A DNA stretch of 49,317 bases, counting the filler, from Cladosporium halotolerans (Eukaryota): NCBI RefSeq assembly GCF_011745625.1. It is 2 parts of 2 records of this genome, joined end to end, with 100 filler letters (N's around TTAATTAATTAA, not from the genome) between each part and the next. Parts side by side here need not be neighbours in the genome. Positions count along the whole stretch, not along the records: positions 1 to 24,681 come from NW_027191541.1; 1 more part is not named here. One strand, given 5' to 3'. A program made the position numbers and the translations under genes. Below the pieces are notes generated by a model. The model ran no database searches. It had not been told where the DNA came from and saw only the letters and a list, made by a program, of their open reading frames with translations. This document shows, piece by piece, positions 1 through 10,103 of this stretch. Numbering within the stretch: position 1 is the first letter of the stretch; each line of letters opens with the position of its first letter.

Positions 1-237
1 TGATTCAATCTCTTCAAGGTGGACGTAGACTTTTAGACGTAAACAGAGTGTTGCCCTTTAGGTGCTTAGCGCCGGGCGGAATAAAGTTCATCATCATCAC
101 AAATTGCCCGGCCGGCGATGAGGTCCACCTGTACGTGGTGCCGGCTACGAACCTGTCACTGGTAACAGTTGGCAGAGCCAAGAGATCTCAAGAACAGATG
201 CGCCTTGAGCGGATCGTCGCCGTCACTTCCTAAAGAC

Positions 238-625
238 ACCAACCGAAGACACACCAATCGAAGACACACCAACCGAAGACACACCTACCGAAGACACACC
301 TACCGAAGACACATCAATGAAAGAAGTACCTATAAGCACGCTCACCGAGAGAGACGCACTGAGAGAAAGACGCACTGAGAGAGAGACGCACTGAGAGAGA
401 GACGCACTGAGAAGTACACGCACTGAAAACATATCCTCCGACAAGCACACCCACTGAGAGATACGCCCACTGAGAGATACACCTACCGAGAGATCCACCC
501 ACCAAGAGATCCACTCACCAAGAGATCCACTCACCAAGAGATCCACTCACCAAGAGATCCACCCACCGAGAGATTCACCCACCGAGAGATACAACCACTG
601 AGAGATACAACCACCGAGAGATACA
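238..625 (+). repeat. Minisatellites: 15-bp ACCAACCGAAGACAC array (238-312) followed by a degenerate ~18-bp CCACTGAGAGATAC/CCACTCACCAAGAGAT array (~345-625)
   Basis: Periodicity is directly visible. Confidence 0.9.
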
Positions 626-1240
626 CTCATCTATGAGCGACAAATGAGCGGCGCAGAAAAACGCGATGCGGCAGCTACCAGCGCGGTAGCACCAATATCA
701 TGAAGAGATAAGAAAACCAGCGAGACTCCAACACACAAGACAACTGGCCGTAAGAAACGGCAAGCAGCACCCATCCACACACTCGATTCCGACAACCCTC
801 CCACGCAACCTCGTACCTGACAGCAACGAAGCGCTCCATCCGCCGAAGATAGGACGATGAACACTTGGAGAAACGCCTTCCAGAGTAATTGCTAACCACC
901 AACCCACGAGAACTCGAATATAGAGAGAAGAAGTACCGATGAGAAAGTAATACCGATATGAAGGACACCTTGAGAGCTTGACAAGATCTTGGCACAATCG
1001 ACAGCGATATATACTTTGTGACGTAAATAGTGAAGTGCCCTTTAGGTGCATGGCGCCGGGCGGAATAAATTCATCATCATCATCACAAATTGCCCAGGCC
1101 GGCGACGAGGTCCACCTGTACGTGGTGCCGGCTACGAACCTGTCACTGGCAACAGTTGGCAGAGCCAAGAGAGCTCAAGAACAGATGCGCCTTGAGCGAA
1201 TCGTCGCCGTCAAGTACCTAAAGACAAGAACCGAGCACGC

Positions 1241-1460
1241 ACCAACCGAAGACACACCAACCGAAGACACACCAACCGAAGACACACCAACCGAAGACAC
1301 ACCAATCGAAGACACACCAACCGAAGACGCATCAATCAAAGAAGTACCTATGAGCACACCCACCGAGAGATACACGCACTGAGAGTTACACCCACTGAAA
1401 GATACACCCACCGACAAGCATACCCACTGAGAGATACACCCACCGACAAGCACACCCACC
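1241..1460 (+). repeat. Second copy of the 15-bp (PTEDT-encoding) and ~18-bp minisatellite arrays, with different copy numbers
   Basis: About 6 copies of ACCAACCGAAGACAC at 1241-1329, then a shorter CACCCACCGAGAGATA-type array. Confidence 0.9.
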
Positions 1461-2541
1461 GGAGAGATGGCAGTCCAGCGTGCCAGCGCGGCAGCACCAA
1501 TGTTATGAAGAGATTAGAAACCAGCGAGACTCCAACACACAAGACAACTGGCCGTAAGAAACGGCAAGCAGCACCCACCCACACTTCATTCCGACAAACC
1601 TCCCACGCAACCTCGTACTTGACAGCAACGAAGCGCTCCATCCGCCGAAGATAGGACGATGAACACTTGGAGAAACGCCTTCCAGAGTAATTGCTAACCA
1701 CTAAACCACGAGGATTCGAATGTAAAGAGAAGAAGTACCAATGAGGAAGTGATACCGATATGATGGACACCTTGAGAGCTTGACAAGGCCTTGGCACAAT
1801 CGACAGCAATGTATACTTTGTGACGTAAATAGTGCAGTGCCCTTTAGGTGCTTAGCGCCGGGCGGAATAAACTACTCACTCACTCACTCACAAATTGCCC
1901 AAACCACGAGGATTCGAATGTAAAGAGAAGAAGTACCAATGAGGAAGTGATACCGATATGATGGACACCTTGAGAGCTTGACAAGATCTTGGCACAATCG
2001 ACAGCAATGTATACTTTGTGACGTAAATAGTGCAGTGCCCTTTAGGTGCTTAGCGCCGGGCGGAATAAACTACTCTCTCTCTCTCTCTCACAAATTGCCC
2101 ACGTCCTGCCGCGAATACTTCCATTCCCTACCCCAAATCTATCAAGTTTACACCACACTTATGCTATCACGGACACTTGACGCCCAACGTAATCCATCTC
2201 GATCTTTTACTATCATTCGTCCTTGTATCGGAACTTGGCCGCGACGCAGCGTGCGACTACCGGGCCTTTAGCACACGACACGCCGTCCAACGCTCGACTG
2301 CCGTCTTCCCGGCCGGCCGGACCGTTCCAAATCTTGGGCCGCCTCTTCACGATCATAGGCTGCCCGTAGATCTTGGTGTTTACATAGTTTAGGTCATAAC
2401 ATGCGATACCACGGCCTAGGGCGGATAGCTAATTAAGACCTCAGCTTCTCGACATACGCCGTGATTTGGTAACACTCGGCGATGGTGCATACGGTTTGCG
2501 TGCCGCCTTCTCGAACTAACTCAGCCCTAAACACCTACCTT

Positions 2542-3105
2542 CTACTCATCTCGGTTAAAGCTTATCTTCTGACCGAAATATACCGGCGCACGACTGTCAA
2601 CCCTTCCGTTGATATTTTGCATACCAGTGCTTTCGTTTACGTAGTTGTTCTGCTCTCCAGATCCGCTGCTGTTGAACTTCCCTTTCGTTTCGCCCACCAG
2701 CCGACTCAGGCTCTCCATTCCCTCCTCCAAACGTCTCAGCTCCCCCTCCGCATCGATGGACCTGCTCTGCCCCCAGCCGGCGAAAGCCTCGTATATCTGC
2801 CGCAGCAATTGCTGCTCCGCCATCGCGCGACCGCGCGATTCTGCTGCGTCCTCTCCAGCGGCTGCCCGGTTGGTGGCATTCGCCGCCGCCGCCGCCGATG
2901 ACACCGTCGTGCAAAGGGATTGCAAACTTTTCTCGCATCGCACGAGGTAACCATACAATTCTACTTCGGTCCTTTGCCCGAGCTCCTCTATATTGCGCTC
3001 GAATAGGCTTGACATCCGCTTCACCACGACAGACATCTTCGACACCACCTCGATGTCGGCAGGCGGCCTTTCCATGGCGGCGCAAGCGTTGGCCACAGCT
3101 TTCAC
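2542..3105 (-). pseudogene. 5'-truncated SesA/HeLo-like helical domain with a C-terminal sigma-like amyloid motif
   Basis: The helical region KAVANACAAMERPPADIEVVSKM...YLVRCEKSLQSL resembles the SesA pattern. The tail FNSSGSGEQNNYVNESTGMQNINGRVDSRAPVYFG is N/G/S/Q-rich and ends in FG. No N-terminal hydrophobic helix or native start is visible. Confidence 0.5.
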
Positions 3106-3109
3106 ACGT

Positions 3110-3602
3110 CGTGTTGTCCTGTTTTCCGTACCGCTCCTCGCTGGGAGTGAGGGAAAGTACCGTGCAAGCGGGCTTGTTCTTGTGGTTCTTGAGGTGGTCT
3201 TCTGGCAAACTGCTTGAAGAAGCCTGGCCGTACCCTTAGGCGGCTTTCTCCAACATTGTTCTGAGCTCTTTCAATTTCAGGGTAGATTTCGTGGTGTTCA
3301 TCTGCGTCGGTCGCGTTTCGCTGCGGCTCGGCTTCGGCGGGATTTTGTGGAAGCGTCAAATCTTGAACTCGAAGGCCCAGCTGAAGCAAGGTCGCCGCTG
3401 CATCTTCTTCTGCAAGTGTGGTGAAGTCAATAATTTGCTCGCCTTGGGCAAGCTGCTCGGCAGTTCTTTGCGCCGGATTTTGTCGTGCTGCTCTGATACG
3501 TTCATAGCGTCGTCGCTGTCTCTCCCGGTCAAGCTCACGTCGACGGTTCACCTCTTCCAAATCACTTTCGCCTGAGATCGGTCGACCTCGCTTCGCAAAC
3601 AT
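3110..3602 (-). pseudogene. N-terminal fragment of an uncharacterised fungal protein (RGRP motif followed by an R/E-rich helix), frameshifted and fused to the SesA-like fragment
   Basis: Protein-like ORF MFAKRGRP...RRRELDRERQRRRYER...EEDAAATLLQLGLRVQDLTLP. The coding-like sequence continues in another frame (SPLARYFPSLP) near 3170-3130. Confidence 0.45.
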
Positions 3603-4067
3603 CTGGGAGAAGCGAATAGGTGTTTTTCTTCGACTTATACTAGAGTTTGTATATGTCTCAGGTCTGTACTTGATCATTTGCGCGTACTCCAGCTTGGGGT
3701 TACGTTTCTGGCTGGGGAATTCTCACGCTCTTGGCACGCCTTTCCCTTTTCGTCCGGGATTCTCAAGCCCGCCTCGCGACCACCAAAAAGTCGATAACTT
3801 TGACGACGGCATACGCAACAACCACAACGATGCTATATATTCTAAAGAGACAGAACGGTAGACCATTACTTACTCTATACTACAGGGTAGTAAATATAAG
3901 TGTGAATTGTCTTACTAAGCCTAACACTAAGGGGATAGGCAACCCGTGAAGCGAGGGCCAGAGCCCGTTTCAGATTCTTAGGACGTAGCAGGCTTTGGAT
4001 CAAACTGTGGAAAGCCTAATGAAGGCTCATGTTCGAGAAGAAAAGGGTCACGAACCCCAAAACATCA

Positions 4068-4115
4068 AGCAACCTCAGCCGAAGAAGCAACCTCAGCCGA
4101 AGGAGCAACCTCAGG
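4068..4115 (+). repeat. 18-bp tandem repeat AGCAACCTCAGCCGAAG(A/G), ~3 copies, inside a degraded QPQPK-coding stretch
   Basis: Directly visible. Confidence 0.8.
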
Positions 4116-4286
4116 TCAAGGCTCAGCCGCAGCTGGAGAAGCTATAACAAGTATCAAAGGTGATAGACGTGAGTAACATTGAAACGAGATATTTCAAGTC
4201 GGTCGCTAAGAATCCAAGCAAAGTAAGGAAGTTGAAGAAGGGCAAGAAATAGGCTAACCGATGATGCTCAGTCTGTTCTGTTCTGC

Positions 4287-4461
4287 TTTTTTTTTTTTGG
4301 ATTCATACTGTATGCAAGCTGTCCAACTTGTGACAGGCCTGGGCTATTTCGCAGATATTTCTTGGTCTTCTATCTATGCTCTCGCGTTGGTGTCAATTCT
4401 TCGATCCTGCTCGCCGTCCCGACTTCGTCAAGGCGCCACGGCTTTTGGGCTCAGCGCCCTC
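4287..4461 (-). mobile_element. Severely 5'-truncated LINE copy or SINE-like element (3' UTR + A12 tail), related to the LINE at 10629-16630
   Basis: T12 at 4287-4298, then sequence colinear with 10636-10800 (TCTTGGTCTTCTATCT, TTCGATCCTGCTCGCC, CGCCACGGCTTTTGGGCTCAGCGCCCTC) with many substitutions. Confidence 0.9.
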
Positions 4462-4464
4462 CTA

Positions 4465-4800
4465 ATGTCCTTCTTCTTGCCCACGTCCAACCGCTCGTCC
4501 ACCACTGTCGGCGTCACACCTAGCATGACGCCAGCGTGAGTGTGTACATCAACATCAGGTCGCACAGTGGATCTCCGAGGCAGGCGTCGAGGCAGTGTCG
4601 CACCATGCAATAGTGCTCCCGGATCCGTCCATCCCCCTTTTCGAATTGCTTGTCTTGAGCCCGGAGCCCTTCATCCACCAGGCGCGGGATCCTGGTGAAG
4701 GGAATCTCGCATCCGAATTCAACTGTAACGTTCGACACGTAACGATTCAAAAGGAGGAGTTATACACATGCATCGAAGTAGGGAAAACCAGAAGGCGTAC
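4465..4800 (-). pseudogene. Internal fragment of an uncharacterised fungal protein, frameshifted and cut at the LINE 3'-end copy
   Basis: IPFTRIPRLVDEGLRAQDKQFEKGDGRIREHYCMVRHCLDACLGDPLCDLMLMYTLTLASC continues after a frameshift as VTPTVVDERLDVGKKKD, ending at the retroposon junction. Confidence 0.45.
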
Positions 4801-5135
4801 CGAGACTATCAGTCGCAGTCAAGGGAGGCTTATTTTCATACATCAAGCGGAGCGGTTGGCGTGATAGTGCAAATGATGAAGAGCCAACTGCCACTCACTT
4901 CGTCTCGATCATACTGTATACTGATCGTTTGACTCCAGGCTGGCCTGGTCGATCCTAGCTTTTCCATAATCTCGCGTCGGAAGTCGTAAACATTACGACA
5001 CCTTAGACGGTTTGCTTATGTTGAGAAACGCGGTGCGATGGCTTCGCAAGCAAGTTCTTTATTGCGCGCATAAGACCGACTCGCAAAATACGAAAACGGC
5101 GAATGCTCTCGACCTTCGCGGGGAGTCTCGCGCCT

Positions 5136-7505
5136 TTACAAGCAACTGATCCCGTCTCTCGCTTCTGCCACCTCTTGTGCAAATAATCGTTCGTAGCAGT
5201 TGGTGTGCTTCGTGCCACGCGAAACGTGCTGCTGCTTCCTCTTGCGGTTGACCGATAGTGGGCCTAAGGCTGGGCGATCCGGGCTCGCCTTTGCTCGTTC
5301 GAAGTCGATAACCGTCACTCGACCGCTGTCGCAGTCCCAGAGTATGTTCCGCGGCATGACGTCTCGATGAAGCACACCTCGCTCGTGTATGGCTCTGAGA
5401 CATTTTTCAACCTGCCCCAGCGCGCTGTCCTGATTCAGGTTCGTCCAGCGTCGCGTAATGGGTGTTCCTCCGTAGCCGAGAAACATGACGTGTACCAGCT
5501 TCGCTATGCCCTCGTAGTAGTAAGGCCGCTCGAGGTCTAAGTTGCCCAAATGGACAGGGACACAATGACCCTGGATGGTTCGCAGTCGTTCGTAGATGGT
5601 GGCCTCATGCCGCAGGTATGCTACGAAGTCCATGGGTGTGCATTTGGCGACGACGGTGTATCCATGGGAGGCGAGTGTTGCCCTGAACGGCACACCGCGC
5701 GAGCCCGGCCGCCCGCAAGGCTCAAAGTCCGAGTCCAGTGTACGCGACAGTTGTTTGCGCATCAAGGCGAGAAAGGCGGTTTTGTCGATGAGGTGGACAT
5801 CGACCCCGTGCTCGTCGACGTTGGGGCACTCGCGGTCCAGGTTACGATTCAGATCGCCGCCGTTGACCAGTCCCAACAGGCAGCGCCTGGTACAGAACGG
5901 GCGAGTGTGCTGGTTTCCGCGTTTTCCGCGGCTCGACTGTGTTATTTCCGAGGCCTGCTCTTTACTACTTGCAGCACGTGTCGTCGGTTTCCGGGAAGGC
6001 TGGCTGGGGGTGTCTGGATTGCTGTGGTCTGCATCCGAGTCGTCTTCTCTGGCCTGGTGATGGGACGGCTTACGACACGTGAATCGTCCTCGAGGCGCTC
6101 TGCCTTGTCTCGGAGCTATCGGTGACACCCGCAGAAGCTCGTTGTCGGGTGTCGGGCAGTATTCAGAGGGCGTCCCTTCGGGAGCAGGAGCGTCATCCAG
6201 AATCTCCTTGTACACATACTCCCACGTCGCGAGGTTCTCTTCCGCTTTCGCACGCCATTCGTGGGACCGCGGGGGAGATTGAAGAGCTTGCAAAGTGAAA
6301 GCGAGCACTTGGCCCACGGCCGTGAGGTGCAGGCGGTTCGTCGCGCTCGAGGCAGCATCTTCAGACCATCCCGTCGAGTCCCCGACATCTACTTGCGGTA
6401 CGGAGAGGAAGTAATGTACCGTTGCCGGGTCTTCTGGCACCTGCAGGAAGATGAATGCCTGACCCGTGCACACGTATCCGAATTCGAGCCCTGCCGAGAC
6501 CATGTATGAAAAGGCCTGGGTCACAGCCGCGGCGACCAGTCGTTGATACTTCCTGCGAGGCGTGTCGCTTTCGCCATAGTCCAGCACATCTTCCAGAACC
6601 ATGTCTCGGAGGCCTTCTTGTATAGCTTTCAAGGTCAATTTGTGTGGAGCCTTGTACTCGACAATGAACGCGGGCACACGCTCCTCCCTTCCCGGAACTG
6701 TGGACATATTGTACACGCAGAATTGATCTGCTCGAGGGCGGCTTGTTTGAGCTTGGATTGCGGGACCAGAGCCTGGGCTTTTGGGTCGGCTGGGATCCTG
6801 GTCTCTCTGCTTCATTTCCAAGAGACGAGGTGACCGTCGGCGGCCCCTGTTGGACAACTCCACGGCACGCATATCCTCACTGAGCGCATCTTCTGGGCTC
6901 AGCGTGTTCGCGTGGTTTTCAAATTGGACGGAACCTTTCAAGCCAAACTTATTCCGTAATGCTTCATCTTTGTAGATCCGCTCGACCATGAGGGACACTG
7001 GTTCTTCCACGGTCGTGCGTTGGAAGTGGTGAATGTCCAGTTCAGAGCCTATCATTCTTCGACGGATGTTCTCTCCATTCTCCAGCATGGTGTGTGGTGA
7101 TGTGAAGTGTCCTTCAGTCATAAACGGAGATGACACGAGCTCGTTCCAGATCTTCAACTGCCGTGAAGCAAAGTCGGGCCATCTGCGTATCTTATCCGGT
7201 CGTCTCTTCCGCCGCGCGTTGGAGGGATCGCCTTTGGTTGACAAAGCAACAGATTGCACAGCGAGCCCGGCTTGCAGGTGTACATGGCACGCATCTAGGT
7301 ACTGCGGGAGTGTTGTCCGACTCGTTCGCTTCTCTGCCTCTTCCTTCGCCTTGTCTGCTTCCTCGCGTCTCCGTTGTTCCTCTTGCTGTGCCCTTTCCGC
7401 TTCTTCACGTTTCCGCTGCTCTTCCTCACGTCTCCGCTGCTCTTCCTCGCGTCCTCGCTGGGCCTCCTCGTAGAGCCTCTTGTAATCGGGGCTGCTGTTT
7501 GTCAT
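5136..7505 (-). CDS. ~789-aa intronless protein: charged coiled coil + PD-(D/E)xK-like nuclease fold + C-terminal kinase-like domain
   Basis: ATG at 7505 (MTNSSPDY). EEEQRRR heptads; RADQFCVY...FIVEYK motif. Kinase motifs GRPGSRG, VVAK, HRDVMPRNILW and VIDFE. Confidence 0.85.
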   Translation of the reverse strand: MTNSSPDYKRLYEEAQRGREEEQRRREEEQRKREEAERAQQEEQRRREEADKAKEEAEKRTSRTTLPQYLDACHVHLQAGLAVQSVALSTKGDPSNARRKRRPDKIRRWPDFASRQLKIWNELVSSPFMTEGHFTSPHTMLENGENIRRRMIGSELDIHHFQRTTVEEPVSLMVERIYKDEALRNKFGLKGSVQFENHANTLSPEDALSEDMRAVELSNRGRRRSPRLLEMKQRDQDPSRPKSPGSGPAIQAQTSRPRADQFCVYNMSTVPGREERVPAFIVEYKAPHKLTLKAIQEGLRDMVLEDVLDYGESDTPRRKYQRLVAAAVTQAFSYMVSAGLEFGYVCTGQAFIFLQVPEDPATVHYFLSVPQVDVGDSTGWSEDAASSATNRLHLTAVGQVLAFTLQALQSPPRSHEWRAKAEENLATWEYVYKEILDDAPAPEGTPSEYCPTPDNELLRVSPIAPRQGRAPRGRFTCRKPSHHQAREDDSDADHSNPDTPSQPSRKPTTRAASSKEQASEITQSSRGKRGNQHTRPFCTRRCLLGLVNGGDLNRNLDRECPNVDEHGVDVHLIDKTAFLALMRKQLSRTLDSDFEPCGRPGSRGVPFRATLASHGYTVVAKCTPMDFVAYLRHEATIYERLRTIQGHCVPVHLGNLDLERPYYYEGIAKLVHVMFLGYGGTPITRRWTNLNQDSALGQVEKCLRAIHERGVLHRDVMPRNILWDCDSGRVTVIDFERAKASPDRPALGPLSVNRKRKQQHVSRGTKHTNCYERLFAQEVAEARDGISCL

Positions 7506-9473
7506 GATTTCATTTTCGATGAAGTCCCGTTCGATGTAAAGTGTCAACTCGTCTGCAGCATGAAGGGTAGGCTTTGTTTACACAAGTACGGGGGTCTGTG
7601 CGATATCAACTGCCAGGGAAGAAGCACGCTCAGGCGCTTGCCCGCTTGGGCAAGTTTCTTTTCTGTCCGTGTCCTAACACCCACGACGCGGCGCACATAC
7701 AAAATGCCACATGTTGCTTCGCTGGTGTAGAGAAGACGTCTCTTGAACGTTGCTGGGTCCGTTGCTGCCGATTAGAAGCTCATGACCGCCCTCGCTAAGC
7801 CGTCCGACAATGTACGGACGGCGCGTAAGTCCTCGGAAGAGCCCCGCCAACTCGACGACCCTTGCGGCACTAGAATAGAACTATGATGTCGCCCACCACC
7901 TCCGCTTAATGCCCCAACAATCACCGGAGGCTACAAATACAACACACCAGACATTTTCGCACTACTTTACCGAAAGCGCCAGATGTCAGCTCCAAATTCT
8001 GTGGAGCATGCGATGGAGGCCTACGACAAGAGACCATTGCCCTTGCATTCACTCGACAACCCACGGCACACAAGTGCCAGATGACCGCGAAGGATTGTTA
8101 ATTCTGTCGTGGCTTTCCCATTGACTAATCCTCGGCACGAAAGAATACAATCCAAACTTGACGCCTGAAGATGCGCAGGCTCGAAAGTTGGAAAAGCGCA
8201 GCATGGCAAGGAAACACACGGCCTTTCGTTTCGGCAACTGGCACGAACCCAAACCGCAGCCGAACCAGGAGTACATTCAGAGCCAGACCACATGGTCTTC
8301 CGGCCAACTGGAGATCACTCATGGTGAGATTGACTGAGCGAAAGATGTGGCAGCTGACGAAGGCGATGAGGCGGACATGCCATCGGATGGACTTGTAAAA
8401 GAGGAGGAGGTGATCAGCGATATCGAGGGCGCCAGACCAGGTCTGAACATAGGCTTTGGCCGTCCGCCGGTACTTTAAGAGAGCTGCAAGCCCTTGCGAA
8501 CTGCCATCTCTAAGAGATGGGCGCTTGCCGCGGGCCCGTGGGTGTTCAAACCCTGATGTAGCCATTGGAATGCCTTTCGAGTCTCCGCCCACTTCGCCAG
8601 CATGCCTTGCCACAAGACGAGGAATAATCACGTCCTGGAGATAGCTTGGAACCATCGGTGTAGCAGGTAGCAGTCGAAGTAGGGCACGTTAACGATGCCT
8701 TACAGTGGGCGTGTACAATATGGTCCGATGGCTGGTCTCAAAGACTATCACCACTTCACCGTCGCCCGTGTGTGGTGCTGCCGTTACGAACAGGAAACAC
8801 CCTTTGGCTCGCCATCACTCAATCTTGCACCCAAGAGCATCAGGAACAAGCGACGAAATTATGACAAGATTCCGGTGCTCAGTCCGCGAACCAAGCTATA
8901 GCTATGGTCGTCTCAGCCTTGCCAGCGCTCGCCCATGACTTCCGCTCAATGACTGCACAGCCGGCGCTCCGACATAGCCAGCAACCCTTTGAACGCATCG
9001 TCGTAGTCAGCGACCGCCAGCAGGCGCATCATCACAACCAACAGCGTTCGTGACGGCCGAAACCCTCTGGCAGGCACCTGCCATGGTCGACAACGGCTAA
9101 CAGGGACTCCGGCATCGCACCGATTGGCGAGCACTCAAACAACCACTGTCACATAACTCGGCATGGCCGCCAAGCTCTTCCGAGCACATTGTAATGGCCA
9201 GCAATCATTGACAATCGCATGGAGATTACCAGTGGTCATCAGCCAGCGCGTCGACATGGCCGGAAACTACGGGCAGGCAGTCCTACCACGACCAGCTACC
9301 GCTAGAGAAATTTCCGGGACCGTCGTCCAACATCGCAAGCATCTTTCTATACCTTGTAGATTATAGGAGGTCCAAATTTATATAAGTTACTGCACTCTTT
9401 ATCAGAAGAATTTGACCACTCCTTCCTCTGGCAGTCGTAGCGAAAGCATCTGGTAGCCAAATTGCAACGAAAT

Positions 9474-10103
9474 TCAGACCCAATTGCCTGCAAGATACGG
9501 CAATATGACCCTTCCTGGGTCTCCTGTTACCACTTGCGAGATATCCAGGCTGACTATTCGATCTCTCGCATCCAACGACTTCGATACCAAGTCCCAGCTG
9601 ATATGAAAGCCAACCCTGCCCACCATCATGAGTGCAACACTCTCCTCCAAGACCAATGCGGCCGCTTTGATATAGTCCGACGCATCCCACAGCTTGGGAC
9701 ACATGGCCGCGCATCGCGTCATGCGGTACTGGTCTTGATTGACGCGAGCCCGGCCCTCCCGACCGCTCTTAGTGCGGATGAAGCAGCGCCTGCAATTCGT
9801 AATTGCAATACCATTCGACCTCCCCGACAAATCTGGCAAACGGAGACGCTGTGGTACGTCGCCTTGACCGTACTCAACAAGGACGACGCTCGAGCAGTCC
9901 GCGCAGCGTAGCACCAGAGATCCACGTCTGGGTCGAGCTGCCGGTGACACAACGTCCTCAGCGTCGCATGAAAGGTTATCCAAATCCATCTCACTTATAT
10001 CACTCATGGGGCTCTCCGAACAACGAGTCCGTTCATGACAATGTATCGGCGACTGCAAGGTCGGCTTCCTGGGTGGGCTCACGTCAGGAGAAGAGTCTTC
10101 CAT
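9474..10103 (-). CDS. Hypothetical protein (S/P/acidic N-terminus, two CxxC motifs)
   Basis: ~210-codon ORF with protein-like composition (CADC, CRRC). TATAAAG lies upstream at ~10305-10311 on the minus strand. Start and exon structure are uncertain. Confidence 0.4.
   Translation of the reverse strand: MEDSSPDVSPPRKPTLQSPIHCHERTRCSESPMSDISEMDLDNLSCDAEDVVSPAARPRRGSLVLRCADCSSVVLVEYGQGDVPQRLRLPDLSGRSNGIAITNCRRCFIRTKSGREGRARVNQDQYRMTRCAAMCPKLWDASDYIKAAALVLEESVALMMVGRVGFHISWDLVSKSLDARDRIVSLDISQVVTGDPGRVILPYLAGNWV

Larger units (their letters stand above)
48..2100. repeat. Compound tandem repeat: ~0.8-1 kb units (~48-1034, ~1035-1836, partial third) plus a ~200-bp tandem duplication (1703-1900 / 1901-2100)
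   Basis: The block GCCCTTTAGGTGC..GCGCCGGGCGGAATAAA recurs near 53, 1037, 1839 and 2037. The block AGAAACCAGCGAGACTCCAACACACAAGACAACTGGCCG recurs near 712 and 1516. AAACCACGAGGATTCGAATG...CAAATTGCCC is present twice in tandem. Confidence 0.9.

Noticed and set aside
238..625. Short periodic repeats as a CRISPR array
   Set aside because: Head-to-tail minisatellites with no unique spacers, in a eukaryotic context.
7799..7822. Perfect 8-bp hairpin GCCGTCCG-N8-CGGACGGC as a Helitron 3' end
   Set aside because: The nearest CTAG is ~50 nt away rather than close by, and there is no Rep/helicase or other support.
8125..8655. 176-aa ORF with SGALDIADHL, reminiscent of the piggyBac GGVD.ADQ motif
   Set aside because: A single short resemblance; no other transposase motifs and no TTAA-flanked TIRs were found.
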